A stretch of 61,248 nucleotides of DNA, the filler included, from a candidate division TA06 bacterium SM23_40 (GTDB lineage Bacteria; LJUI01; SM1-40), in the NCBI GenBank assembly GCA_001303705.1. It is 4 parts of 4 records of this genome, joined end to end, with 100 filler letters (N's around TTAATTAATTAA, not from the genome) between each part and the next. Parts side by side here need not be neighbours in the genome. Positions count along the whole stretch, not along the records: positions 1 to 21,454 come from LJUI01000053.1; 3 more parts are not named here. One strand, given 5' to 3'. Both the position numbers and the translations under genes were made by a program. The notes under the pieces are model-generated. The model did no database searches and was not told the origin of the DNA. It was given only the letters and a program-made list of their open reading frames with translations. Shown here piece by piece: positions 1 to 10,153 of the stretch (its first letter is position 1; each line of letters opens with the position of its first letter).

Positions 1-943
1 CAACGATGACATCGGATCCGGCCCCTATCACCACGGCTGTAGGCAATGCGAAGAGTATTGACACCCGCAGAGCCGTTTCGTATGTCCGCTTCGTCGCCTC
101 CACAGACCTGGCGAAGCGAGCAGCCATATTGGGCAACAGAGTCCCGCTCAAACTGCCCTGAAAGATGCGTATGACACGGAGAAACCGGAAGGCGACACCG
201 TACAGCCCGACGCTCGTGACGCCAGTCATGAAGGAGAGCATGATGATATCGATTCTCTGCGTTATCAAGCCCATTGCCTGGATCAGGGCGATGGGCAAAC
301 CATCCGTGAACAGCCGAAAGCAGAACTTGATGTCGATGTTGAACCGAAACCGCGCAAAGTAGCGCCCTACGACCACCAGGAGAGCGAATGTCCACAGGAA
401 GGAGGCGGCAATAGCCAACACGACCTGAGCCTCCAGACCGTACCCGGCTATGAGGAGGCCGATCGCGATCACAGTCTGACCCACGGAGAATAACAGGTTG
501 AGCCCGGTAGTGATCTCCATTCGCTCAAACGCCCTGATGATGCTGGCACTCGATTGTCGCATGCCGTGGAGAAGAATCGTCGAGCAGGCGAGGGCGATCA
601 GCCGCACGATCCGCGGCTCGTAGTCAACCATCAGCGTTGCAATGATTGCCACCGCCCAGGCGACGATACTGAAGACCGTCATCATCGTCAGCGCGTTTGA
701 GTAGATGTAGTCCACATCCTCCTTCGACCGCGATACGGCCCGCACGATAACAGGCCCGAGTCCGAAGTTCGCGAGAAGCCCGCCGAAGAATATGAACGAG
801 AAGATTGTCGTAAACACGCCGTAGTCTGTCGCACCGAGGTACCGTGCGAGAAAGATGGCCAGCACGAAGTGCGTCACCATCTCAGACGCACGCCCCACCA
901 CGAGGACGACGAAGTTCTTGGTTATGGTCGCAGCCTGACGCAT
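1..943 (-). CDS. wzx: Wzx-type polysaccharide flippase (3' end runs off the window)
   Basis: Read manually; absent from the ORF track because it has no stop in the window. ATG at 943 after AGGAGAG. MRQAATITKNFVVLVVGRASEMVTHFVLAIFLARYLGATDYGVF is a typical Wzx N-terminus, followed by hydrophobic helices. Confidence 0.85.
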   Translation of the reverse strand, partial: MRQAATITKNFVVLVVGRASEMVTHFVLAIFLARYLGATDYGVFTTIFSFIFFGGLLANFGLGPVIVRAVSRSKEDVDYIYSNALTMMTVFSIVAWAVAIIATLMVDYEPRIVRLIALACSTILLHGMRQSSASIIRAFERMEITTGLNLLFSVGQTVIAIGLLIAGYGLEAQVVLAIAASFLWTFALLVVVGRYFARFRFNIDIKFCFRLFTDGLPIALIQAMGLITQRIDIIMLSFMTGVTSVGLYGVAFRFLRVIRIFQGSLSGTLLPNMAARFARSVEATKRTYETALRVSILFALPTAVVIGAGSDVIV

Positions 944-1074
944 GATCGATACTCTCTCCTCATCCCATCGAGCCCCGGGACCCTCCATCCCCCTGGCAGA
1001 TCTCGGCCGGCGTCTCGCTCCTTGCGCGGAGAGCCAAATCCATCTCCAGACGGACAGATTCTCTGCTCGTGCGC

Positions 1075-2769
1075 TTACCCAACATATCCAAGCCCCCTCA
1101 GCATCTCCTCAACCTTATCTTCCTCCTGATCCGAGTAGGAGAAGCGCCTCTCGGCTCCCGTCCCAGGAATATCCTGTGGCTCCTCGGAGGCGGGCGGATG
1201 GTCACGCAGGTACTCGTCCCTGATACCTCCCTCCAGAATGCGACCGTCCATGTCGCCGGGGACCGGCAGACCCATCAGATAGAGGATAGTGGGCGCTATA
1301 TCAACGATCTTTGCCCCCTGGAGCCGTCTGTTCTGTCCGGTCGCCGGCCCGGCCATGATGATCATCCCGTTCAACCGGTGTGTCGCGCAATGGTGATAGG
1401 CCGGCTTCTGGAGCACAGGTCCGACCGTAGGATCGTTGCGCGGAACATACCGCAGTCCTTTCAGGAGGTAGATGATATCGGGCGCACCTTCGACATATGG
1501 ACCGGCGTACAACTCCTCCCGCCGCTTGACCAGCTCCACGATGGGCGTCCCGTCGGAACCATTCGTGAGGCAGGCGAGCCGCTCGATGATCGAGTCACGA
1601 AGCCGCTCATACTCTTCGCCGGGCGTGACGATCCCCTCTCGCTCCCTCCCCGCGACATTGAGAACGATACTCCCGCCGCAGCCACCGATAAGCGGGGCAT
1701 AGGCCACAGTGCGGCCCCAATCTATATGCGCGAGGCGATCCCGTCTGCGACGCGGAAGACGGGGATGCATGCGTCTCATCGATCCCGGGACGAGGCGCCC
1801 GATACGCCCGAGCCGGCGGCCGCGCAGTATATCCTCCAGCGTCTTCGTTGTCCGGCGGACCTGGTAGCGCGGAAGACGGCCCACCCGCCGCAGCCGGAGC
1901 AACCCCTCTTTCATCAGCCACCTGTTGCAGAAGAAGTAGTGGCTGAACGGACCCGCCCCATGATCAGACATGACGACGACGGAGACATCCTCTCCCACCT
2001 TCTCCAATATCTTCTCTATGGCTCGGTCCACAGCTCGGTACATCTGTGGTATGACAGAATCGTACTTAGCAGACTCCTCGGGGTTGAGTCGACGGTATTC
2101 CTCGTTCCAGAATCTCCACGCGGTGTGCTGCACGATGTCTGTGGCACGAAAGACAACGGCCGCCAGATCCCAATCATGGTTCGTGAGGAGATATATCGCG
2201 GTCTCCATCTTTCTCCTCACATTACCGAACATGTGCTCGAGGCACTCGATCGGCCCAAGTTTGCCGCGCACATAGGAGGGCACGATCTGGTCCTCGAACG
2301 GATACTGACCGACATGGGCCACGATCTCTGCGTGAAGTTCGGGCGGCATCGTGATGATGGTCTCTCTGGACGGGGCGAGAAAGGTAGCGATCATCAGGCC
2401 ATTGATCCGCCAGGGAGGGAAGGTCATCGGGACATCGATGACGATGGAGCGACGGTCCTTTGAACCGGCGATATCCCAGAGAGTTGGGGCACTGATCGAT
2501 CGCGACGTCGCGACAGGCCAATCGTACGTCTCCGGCTCGCGCACACGAAAGCCATACACGCCGTGCTTCCCTGGACTCTTGCCGGTCATGAACGAGGTCC
2601 AGGCAGGCCCCGTCATCGGAGGAATGGTCGATTCGAGCTCGCCCCACGCACCTTGCTCCATGAGGCGGGCCAGCGTAGGGACGAGGCCTTGCTCGATCAG
2701 CGGCCCGATGACATCGAATGTGCCGCCATCGAGTCCGAAGATGACCAATCTATTCCTCTGCCTACTCAC
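1075..2769 (-). CDS. AlkP-superfamily (type I phosphodiesterase/nucleotide pyrophosphatase-like) protein, paralogue 1, with C-terminal LGY tail
   Basis: Motifs IFGLDGGT, STIPPMTGPAWTSFMTGKSPGKHG, DIVQH, SDHG, THRLNG. Ends EEDKVEEMLRGLGYVG. No signal peptide. Confidence 0.9.
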   Translation of the reverse strand: MSRQRNRLVIFGLDGGTFDVIGPLIEQGLVPTLARLMEQGAWGELESTIPPMTGPAWTSFMTGKSPGKHGVYGFRVREPETYDWPVATSRSISAPTLWDIAGSKDRRSIVIDVPMTFPPWRINGLMIATFLAPSRETIITMPPELHAEIVAHVGQYPFEDQIVPSYVRGKLGPIECLEHMFGNVRRKMETAIYLLTNHDWDLAAVVFRATDIVQHTAWRFWNEEYRRLNPEESAKYDSVIPQMYRAVDRAIEKILEKVGEDVSVVVMSDHGAGPFSHYFFCNRWLMKEGLLRLRRVGRLPRYQVRRTTKTLEDILRGRRLGRIGRLVPGSMRRMHPRLPRRRRDRLAHIDWGRTVAYAPLIGGCGGSIVLNVAGREREGIVTPGEEYERLRDSIIERLACLTNGSDGTPIVELVKRREELYAGPYVEGAPDIIYLLKGLRYVPRNDPTVGPVLQKPAYHHCATHRLNGMIIMAGPATGQNRRLQGAKIVDIAPTILYLMGLPVPGDMDGRILEGGIRDEYLRDHPPASEEPQDIPGTGAERRFSYSDQEEDKVEEMLRGLGYVG

Positions 2770-2870
2770 GGATCCGCCTCCATTCCTCTGAGCACCTCAG
2801 CATCTGCCCACATGGCATCGCTCCAGGCACGTATCCAGCCCCGGCCGGCATATCCACGCTCCGCCTACTC

Positions 2871-4556
2871 CTAGCCGAGATATCCCAATTCGCCGAGGTC
2901 CCTCTTGATGCGCCGACGTTCCTCTTGTGAGAAGACCTCCCGGGCGGTATCTGCCTCACCTGCCGGCTCTTCTTTTGCCACAGACCACCGTTCCGGATGC
3001 CGGGCCGCATACTCCTCGCGCAGCGCCCCGGTCAGTACGGCCCCGTCCATGTCGGAGGGGATCTCCATTTCCAGTAAATGCAGGACCGTCGGTGCCAGGT
3101 CCACGATCTGCGCTTCCGCCAACTCAAATCCACTTCTGATGGCAGGCCCCCTCATCATGAGGACGCCTTCCATACGATGCATGCCCAGTCGCTCCTCATC
3201 CGGCTCAGTGATCAGCGCGCGGGCATACGGTAGTACCTGACAGCGGAACTTATGATCGGTCGTCAAGAACGTGATATCCGGAGCCTTGTGTGCCAGGGGC
3301 CCGGTATAGATATCCTCCGGCACCCAGACCTGAGAGATCACCGGCTCGCCTGTTGCAGGATCCCGCAGGGAGCGCAGGCCCTCAATGATCTCCCGGCGCA
3401 GCCTCTCACGCTCTTCTCGTCCCACCTGCTTTCCCCGCTTTCCGAGACTCGGAGTGTTGATGGTGATCTTTATGGGACTCGACACAACGTTCGCAAACGC
3501 CCGGGTGCGGGACCAGTTGACAATCTGTGTCCGATCGCGGCGCAATCGGGGAAAGGGTAGCCTGACGTCACCCAGACGTGCGGGGAGCGCGCGGCCCACC
3601 GCCGCCAGGCCGAGCTTGTCCAGCGCCGCCCGGATCGCGGCCCACCTCACATGAAGCCGGAGAGTCGCAACTGACGGCCATGGCTTCAGTGCGAGGAACC
3701 CTTCATTGTGCAGCCACTTGTTGACATGGAAGCACCGCTTGACCGGGCCAGCACCGTGATCGGACATGATCACCGCCGTTGTACCATCGCCGACGGCGTC
3801 GAGCAATTCGGCAACAACTCCATCGAGAACCTCATAGTACTGATCGATCATCTTGTGGTACATCGCCGTCTCATGCGGGCGTTCGCGCCTATACTCCTCA
3901 TCCGTGTACCGAAAGCCATAGTGCTGAATGACGTCCGGCCCGCGAAACACCACCGCGAAGAAGTCGACGTCATACTTCCTCAGCAGATAGAGAGCTGCCT
4001 GCTTCCGCTTCTCTGTATGGTCGCAGACGCTCCTCAGACCGCCGAGAATGTCGCCGGCGGCGAACGATCCAACGAGCTCCCGCTCCATTGGATAAGAACC
4101 GATCTCCTTGAGCAGATCGGTCTGAAGTGTGGCAGGATAGGTGAATTCGCTCTCCTGCGACGGCGTGAACATTCCCGCAACCATGTACCCGTTGACAGGG
4201 GTGGGCGGGAATGTCATCGGGATATCGATCACCCCGACACGCATACCGCGCTCGCCGATCAGGTCCCAGAGCGTCTTCCCCTGCACCCAGGTAGCATTCG
4301 GCCACAACACTTCCTTGTCGGCGCCAACACAGATCATATCGAATACGCCGTGTTTGCCCGGGTTCTTCCCGGTCATGAACGAGGCCCAGGCAGGCGGCGT
4401 CACTGGCGGCACGGTCGACTGGAGTACTCCCCATGTCCCCTCTTCCATGAACCGACGGAATGTCGGCAGTCGCCCTGCCTCTGCCAAAGGGCGTATAATG
4501 TCGAGGGTGGCTCCGTCCAGACCTATGACCAGTACCTTAACGTTCCTCCCGGCCAC
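2871..4556 (-). CDS. AlkP-superfamily protein, paralogue 2, with LGY tail
   Basis: VIGLDGAT, STVPPVTPPAWASFMTGKNPGKHG, SDHG. Ends EERRRIKRDLGELGYLG. Start placed at GTG 4556 behind GAGGAG (ORF track extends to 4622). Confidence 0.88.
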   Translation of the reverse strand: MAGRNVKVLVIGLDGATLDIIRPLAEAGRLPTFRRFMEEGTWGVLQSTVPPVTPPAWASFMTGKNPGKHGVFDMICVGADKEVLWPNATWVQGKTLWDLIGERGMRVGVIDIPMTFPPTPVNGYMVAGMFTPSQESEFTYPATLQTDLLKEIGSYPMERELVGSFAAGDILGGLRSVCDHTEKRKQAALYLLRKYDVDFFAVVFRGPDVIQHYGFRYTDEEYRRERPHETAMYHKMIDQYYEVLDGVVAELLDAVGDGTTAVIMSDHGAGPVKRCFHVNKWLHNEGFLALKPWPSVATLRLHVRWAAIRAALDKLGLAAVGRALPARLGDVRLPFPRLRRDRTQIVNWSRTRAFANVVSSPIKITINTPSLGKRGKQVGREERERLRREIIEGLRSLRDPATGEPVISQVWVPEDIYTGPLAHKAPDITFLTTDHKFRCQVLPYARALITEPDEERLGMHRMEGVLMMRGPAIRSGFELAEAQIVDLAPTVLHLLEMEIPSDMDGAVLTGALREEYAARHPERWSVAKEEPAGEADTAREVFSQEERRRIKRDLGELGYLG

Positions 4557-4603
4557 GCTCTCGGTCTCCTCTCCCTGAAGGGAGCCATCAACGAGATCCA
4601 GAT

Positions 4604-6301
4604 CTATCCCAGATATCCCCACCCACGGAGTCGCTCGCGGACCTCCTCAGCCTCTTCCTCGCTCACCGCCTCCCGTTCCTCGCGCGCCTCAGTGGCTGCC
4701 ACACCTCGCTCCTCGTACACCACCGGATGGTGCGCCCGATACGACGGGGTCATGGCCTCCTCGAGCGGTCGTCCCTCCATCGCCTCGGGGACGGGAACGC
4801 CCAGGAGATGGAGTACTGTCGGCGCCACGTCCACAATCTTGGCTCCGTCCAGCCGTGCACCGGCCTCGACCCCCTCACCCATCACAAGCAATATCCCCTC
4901 CTCGCGGTGCGATCCCGAGTGCCACCGCTCCGTCTCGATGAGATGACGGGGATAGATGTAATCAGTCAGCTTGCAGCCATAATCTTCTGCGCGCACGATC
5001 AGATCCGGTGAAGACCCGCTCTGCTCGCCCCTGAACACTTCTTCCTTTCGGTACACACGATCTACGACCTGCTCACCCGTCTGCGGATCCCGCAGCGCGA
5101 GCAGACCGCGTTCGATCTCCTCGCAGACTTTGCGGTACTCTCCGTCCGGTTCGACAATGCCTTCCGGCTCACGACCGCGCACATTGACGTAGATGGCTTG
5201 CTCCGCGAGGCTTCCCCCATAGGCGCGCGTCCGTGCCCAGTCTATGACCTTGTACGGATTGATCGCTTTGCGCGGATCCAGATCCTTCCAATTCCCACCT
5301 CGTAGCCCGGGGAAAAGCCGCCGTGTCGTGAAGTACCGCACCCCCATCTTCGACAGCAACTTGTAGAGGATTGCGGGGAGCCGGATCCGCCACAGAGGAT
5401 AGGAAATCGGACGCAGGCGCAACAGGCCCTGTTGTCGCAGCCAGACGTTCATATGGAACATCTTGGTGTTGGGCCCTGCCCCGTGATCAGAAAGGACGAC
5501 GACAGTCGTCCCCTCTCCTGCGCGATCGATGATCTCCCCGAGTGCGGTATCGAGGAATTCGTAGAATCCGTGTATCACGCCGCCGTACCGCTCTGCGAGC
5601 ACTGAATCAAAGGCCGGGTGCGCCCGATCCATGTACTTCCAGAAGAAGTGCTGAACGCGATCTAGAGAAATGAAGACAGCAGTAAGGAGATCCCATTCGT
5701 AGCGATCCATCAGGTAGAGCGTAGCCTGCTTCCTCTGCTCCTCAACACGATAGAACTTCTCGATCAATTCCTCTTTCTCATCCGTGAAGAAGAAGGGTAG
5801 CGTATCGACCTCGGGAAGATAGCTTCCAAGCCGACCGCGCACTTCGTCGAGGAGCCCCGGCGGATGGGTGGCGGTCTCGCGCCTCAGCCCTGCGGCGCCC
5901 ATGAAGCCGGGAAGGACGAACCCATCGATCACTTCGGGCGGATAGGTGAAGGGAACGTTGATCGCTCCCACGCGCCTCCCATTGCGGCTGGCCACTCCAA
6001 ACAGGCTCTCCCCCCGCATGGTGAGACGGCTCGTCACCTCCCGCCGGAATCTGCCGCGCAGCGGGCCGAAAAACCCGAAGATCCCGTGGCTTCCCGGGTT
6101 CTTCCCGGTGAGAAACGATGCCCACGCAGGTGCCGAGAAGGGGGGTACTGTCGAGCGCAGTCTCCCCCACGCCCCCCCTTCCATCATGCGTGCGAAGGTC
6201 GGCAGCTTGCTATCCGCTACGAGTGGTTCTATGACGTCGAAGGTGGCTGAGTCGAATCCAATGACGAGCACCTTCCTGCCAGTTCGCCCCTGCTCCGCCA
6301 A
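4604..6301 (-). CDS. AlkP-superfamily protein, paralogue 3, with WGY tail
   Basis: VIGFDSAT, STVPPFSAPAWASFLTGKNPGSHG, DRVQH, SDHG. Ends EEEAEEVRERLRGWGYLG. Start placed at TTG 6301 behind a purine-rich RBS. Confidence 0.88.
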   Translation of the reverse strand: MAEQGRTGRKVLVIGFDSATFDVIEPLVADSKLPTFARMMEGGAWGRLRSTVPPFSAPAWASFLTGKNPGSHGIFGFFGPLRGRFRREVTSRLTMRGESLFGVASRNGRRVGAINVPFTYPPEVIDGFVLPGFMGAAGLRRETATHPPGLLDEVRGRLGSYLPEVDTLPFFFTDEKEELIEKFYRVEEQRKQATLYLMDRYEWDLLTAVFISLDRVQHFFWKYMDRAHPAFDSVLAERYGGVIHGFYEFLDTALGEIIDRAGEGTTVVVLSDHGAGPNTKMFHMNVWLRQQGLLRLRPISYPLWRIRLPAILYKLLSKMGVRYFTTRRLFPGLRGGNWKDLDPRKAINPYKVIDWARTRAYGGSLAEQAIYVNVRGREPEGIVEPDGEYRKVCEEIERGLLALRDPQTGEQVVDRVYRKEEVFRGEQSGSSPDLIVRAEDYGCKLTDYIYPRHLIETERWHSGSHREEGILLVMGEGVEAGARLDGAKIVDVAPTVLHLLGVPVPEAMEGRPLEEAMTPSYRAHHPVVYEERGVAATEAREEREAVSEEEAEEVRERLRGWGYLG

Positions 6302-6346
6302 GATTTCCTTTCTCCTCCATGCCAGCACGCCGAGCTCGGGGCTCAC

Positions 6347-7969
6347 CTAATCGAGATACCCCAGGCCTGCAAGCTGTCTCATTATGGCTTCCTCTTCGTC
6401 CTTCCTATATCCTCTCTCCTCGAGGTCGATCCTCGCAATCTCGGCCTCCGTCACCTTCACTTCCCTGCTTCTGAGCAGCTCCTCATCGAGCCCCTCTATC
6501 AGGACGCGACCGTCCATAGCGGCCGGGACCGGCAGTCCGAGGAGGTAGAGGAGCGTCGGAGCGATGTCGACCAGAGATGCCTTCTCGAATCGAGCGCCGG
6601 ACGCTGCGTGCGGCCCGGCAGCGATCAATATGCCGTCCATCCGGTGTGTTCCGCCCGTCTGGGTGGTGAAGAGCTCCCGGCACGTCGGCCTATTGTGCTG
6701 TTGATACCTCATCTCCTTCATCTGAAATAGTATATCAGGGGCCAGCTCCGCGAATTCGCCACAATAGACCTCCTCTCGGAACGAGATCGTATCGACCACA
6801 CACTCGCCAGTCTCTAGATCGACCAGCCGTTCGAGCTCGCTCGCGATGCGGCGGCGCAGGTCCCCGTACTCACCACCCCCACTCGCCGCCCCTGCCCCGC
6901 CGTCACGCACATTGATATAGATGCCGAAGTTCCCCGCAAAGGCATCGCTCTTCTCCCAGTCGATCCCGTTCCCGCCCGTGCGAAGCATCGGCAACCGGAC
7001 GACGATCCCCTGGAACCGGTCCGGAAGTCTGGCCGCCAGCCCGCCGAACCCGCATCGCGAAAGAATCCTGCCCACCGTCGCCCGCCTTACCGCCAGCCCC
7101 GCTCCAATCCCCGGCCAGCGGGGCTTCGCATAGCAGAGAAATCCGTGCTCGTTGAGCCAACGGGTGGTGCAGAAGGCTTTGTCGAGATCCCCGAAGCCAT
7201 GATCTGACATCACGAGGACGGTTGTCTCGTCACCGACCTTTGCCATCAATTCGCCAATCCACCGATCGACTGTACGATATGCCTCGGGTATCGCCTCCTC
7301 GAGAGCGCCGCCATGTCGGTAGTGACTCCAACACAGGTGCTGAATCCGGTCGGTCAGTCCGTACACCACGACGAACAGATCCCATTCATCTCGATCGATG
7401 AGATAGGTTGCCGCACGGTGTCGCTGCTCTTCGATCCCCCGGTACCTCCGCGTCCACTCGTTCAGATCGACAGGTACTCCCCGCGGCGGATTCTGCTCCA
7501 GCGGATACTCGCCGAGCGCATTCTCTAACGCAGAGAGAAGTGCGGGCGGATGGACGAAAGCATCGTCCTTTGTCGGCGCGGGCACGCCGGAGATCATGCA
7601 TCCTCGGATCGGCCAACAGGGATAGGTGACCGGCACGTTGATGGCCACAGTGCGCCCGCCGGCCCGGTCGACGATCTCCCAGATAGTAGGCGACTTGATG
7701 GAACGAGATGTTATGAGATGGCGCACTCCACGCCTGATAGCATCGGGAGAGAGCTCGGAGAAGTTGAATATCCCATGCTTCCCCGGATTGACGCCAGTCA
7801 TGAACGACACCCACGCCGGCGCGGTGACCGGGGGAATTGACGATTCGAGGGTACCACGTGCCCCCCGATCGAGCACCCGTGCCATGTTGGGAAGCTCGCC
7901 CCGCGCGACCATCGGATCGATCACATCGAATGTCGCGCCATCGAGCCCGATCACAACTGCCCGATCCAC
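6347..7969 (-). CDS. AlkP-superfamily protein, paralogue 4, with LGY tail
   Basis: VIGLDGAT, SSIPPVTAPAWVSFMTGVNPGKHG, DRIQH, SDHG. Ends DEEEAIMRQLAGLGYLD. Start placed at GTG 7969 behind GGAGGTGA. Confidence 0.88.
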   Translation of the reverse strand: MDRAVVIGLDGATFDVIDPMVARGELPNMARVLDRGARGTLESSIPPVTAPAWVSFMTGVNPGKHGIFNFSELSPDAIRRGVRHLITSRSIKSPTIWEIVDRAGGRTVAINVPVTYPCWPIRGCMISGVPAPTKDDAFVHPPALLSALENALGEYPLEQNPPRGVPVDLNEWTRRYRGIEEQRHRAATYLIDRDEWDLFVVVYGLTDRIQHLCWSHYRHGGALEEAIPEAYRTVDRWIGELMAKVGDETTVLVMSDHGFGDLDKAFCTTRWLNEHGFLCYAKPRWPGIGAGLAVRRATVGRILSRCGFGGLAARLPDRFQGIVVRLPMLRTGGNGIDWEKSDAFAGNFGIYINVRDGGAGAASGGGEYGDLRRRIASELERLVDLETGECVVDTISFREEVYCGEFAELAPDILFQMKEMRYQQHNRPTCRELFTTQTGGTHRMDGILIAAGPHAASGARFEKASLVDIAPTLLYLLGLPVPAAMDGRVLIEGLDEELLRSREVKVTEAEIARIDLEERGYRKDEEEAIMRQLAGLGYLD

Positions 7970-8068
7970 CGTTCTCGTCACCTCCCACAGGCCGTCGACA
8001 CCGTGGATTCTCGTTGCCGGAAGAGGCAACGCACAGATAGAAGTCTTTTATACAGCATAGAGGAATTC

Positions 8069-9424
8069 TCAGTCGACGAGGGACCGCCCGTCCACATCTG
8101 ACGGAATGGGCACCCTGAGCAGGGAAAGCACGGTCGGCATCACATCGACGATCGAGAACTCGTCACGCGTGATCTCTTCTCCTCTGATGAATAGAAACGC
8201 ATCCTCAAAGGTGTGCATCCCGACAAGCTCTCCCTTATGCGTCAGCTCGGGCCTGTTCAGCGCTCCCTTCAGATCGTAGCCCCTCCGGGGTACGGCAATC
8301 AGATCCGGCGCCGCGTCGAATGAATCACCGAAATATATCTCCTCTCTCTTCACAACCTTCTCGATCATCTGTTCGCCACTGTCGGGATCAGTCAGCTCGG
8401 CGAGTCCCTCGGCGAGCTCGGCCCGCACCCTTTCGTACTCATCCCCCGGTGCCACGCTCCCCTTCGGCTCCCTCCCACGAAGATTCACATAGATGCGACC
8501 CGGGTCGAGGCTGAACGCCCGGGACCGCTCGTCGATCTCCTTGATGGACTGCTCGTTCTGATTATCGAAGACGAGCCATCCCCCATCGACAAGCCAATGG
8601 TTGATGTACACTTCCTTCTTCAGGGTGCAGAATCCATGGTCCGAGAGCACTGCCAACGTTGTTCTCCCATCGAGTCGGGAGACCAGGCCCGCGATCATCT
8701 CATCGATCTTCCGGTAGTAATCAAGAAATGCGGCAGCGTACGGCCCTTCACCAAGCTCCATCTGTTCCCAGAGAAAGTGATTGATCCTGTCCGTGCCCAT
8801 GAAGTGGGTCATGAAGAAGTCCCACTCTTCGTGTTCCATGAGGTAGAACATCGTCGCCGCCCGTCTCGACAAGACTTCGTTGAGGTCATCCAGAAACGGC
8901 GTCTTGTCCTTCTCCCTTCCCTTCCATGGATCGACATCGATGCGATATCCGAGTTCCGAGAGTTTCCGCGCGAGCTGCCGAGGATACGTTGCCTTGTTGA
9001 GGTCCGGGGACAGAAAGCAGCCGACGAGGAAGCCGTTAACCTCGCGAGGCGGATACGTCACGGGAACGTTCATCACACCCACGCGTCTGCCGGTCCGCCC
9101 GATCACCTCCCACAGCGTGTCGCTCTTCATATCGGTGGAGAGCGGTATGTAGGTATCATAGGTTCGAGGCCGCCGATCCTGGAATCCGTATATGTTGTGT
9201 TTCCCCGGATTCTTCCCTGTCATGAACGACGACCACGCCACCGAGGAAACGGTAGGCAGCACGGAGTTCATCCGCTTCCACGAACCATCCCCGAACAGGC
9301 GACCGAGATGGGAGAAGACACTCTCTCCGATCATCCTGTTGACAAACGAATAGGGCACCCCATCGAGGCCCACAACCACCACACGTCTCTTTCCTCCTCT
9401 CCGCAATCCTCCCAGAAATCGCAT
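8069..9424 (-). CDS. AlkP-superfamily protein, paralogue 5 (short form, no LGY tail)
   Basis: VVGLDGVP, SVLPTVSSVAWSSFMTGKNPGKHN, DRINH, SDHG. Ends DGRSLVD. Confidence 0.9.
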   Translation of the reverse strand: MRFLGGLRRGGKRRVVVVGLDGVPYSFVNRMIGESVFSHLGRLFGDGSWKRMNSVLPTVSSVAWSSFMTGKNPGKHNIYGFQDRRPRTYDTYIPLSTDMKSDTLWEVIGRTGRRVGVMNVPVTYPPREVNGFLVGCFLSPDLNKATYPRQLARKLSELGYRIDVDPWKGREKDKTPFLDDLNEVLSRRAATMFYLMEHEEWDFFMTHFMGTDRINHFLWEQMELGEGPYAAAFLDYYRKIDEMIAGLVSRLDGRTTLAVLSDHGFCTLKKEVYINHWLVDGGWLVFDNQNEQSIKEIDERSRAFSLDPGRIYVNLRGREPKGSVAPGDEYERVRAELAEGLAELTDPDSGEQMIEKVVKREEIYFGDSFDAAPDLIAVPRRGYDLKGALNRPELTHKGELVGMHTFEDAFLFIRGEEITRDEFSIVDVMPTVLSLLRVPIPSDVDGRSLVD

Positions 9425-9513
9425 AACTCACTTTCTCCTCAAGCCCTGAGTGCGATCAAGCGAGCTGCCAACGAGAACGGCCACCCGCGGCCCGCGGATA
9501 GCCAGAAAGAGAC

Positions 9514-10131
9514 CTAGAGATACCCGAGGTTTGTCAATCGTTCCTTGACTTTCTCCTCCTCCTCCTTGGTATAGACTCCCTCTCCGCCTTCGGCCGTCTC
9601 CCCCTCCCCGAGGTACCCGAGCTCACGCAGCTTAGCCATCACCTTCTGCGCACTCTCCCCGGGAGCCTCTTTGTCAGTATCGACGACTACCTCCGGGGCG
9701 AGCGGCTCTTCATATGGATCGTCTATCCCTGTGAATCCCTGTATCTCACCGGCGCGGGCCTTCTTGTACATGCCCTTCACATCCCTCTGCTCGCATACCT
9801 CCACCGGGCAGCGGACATACACCTCCACGAAATTACCGATCTCCATACGCGCGTGGTCGCGGATCGCCCGATAGGGTGAGATCGCAGCGGCGATGGTGGC
9901 AGCGCCGTTTCGGGTGAGGAGCTTGCAGACAAACGCGATCCGCTTGATGTTCGTATCCCGGTCCTCTTTGCTGAAGCCCAGTCCCTTGCTCAGGTTTGTG
10001 CGCACCACGTCGCCATCCAACACTTCGACGTTTCGACCGGTCGCTCGGATCTCTTTCTCCACGATCTGCGAGACGGTTGTCTTGCCCGAACACGGCAACC
10101 CGGTGAACCAGACAGTGAACCCCTTGGCCAT
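9514..10131 (-). CDS. cysC: Adenylyl-sulfate (APS) kinase with an extra C-terminal LGY tail
   Basis: [13 protein letters not shown]-loop, [52 protein letters not shown]. Confidence 0.97.
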   Translation of the reverse strand: MAKGFTVWFTGLPCSGKTTVSQIVEKEIRATGRNVEVLDGDVVRTNLSKGLGFSKEDRDTNIKRIAFVCKLLTRNGAATIAAAISPYRAIRDHARMEIGNFVEVYVRCPVEVCEQRDVKGMYKKARAGEIQGFTGIDDPYEEPLAPEVVVDTDKEAPGESAQKVMAKLRELGYLGEGETAEGGEGVYTKEEEEKVKERLTNLGYL

Positions 10132-10153
10132 TCTCGACTCCTTTCCTCTTCGC

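Noticed and set aside
1069-2463. Long antisense ORFs (e.g. 1069..2463, 3708..4946, 29552..31420, 42990..44246)
   Set aside because: Shadow frames of well-supported genes in GC-rich DNA, with no recognisable motifs.
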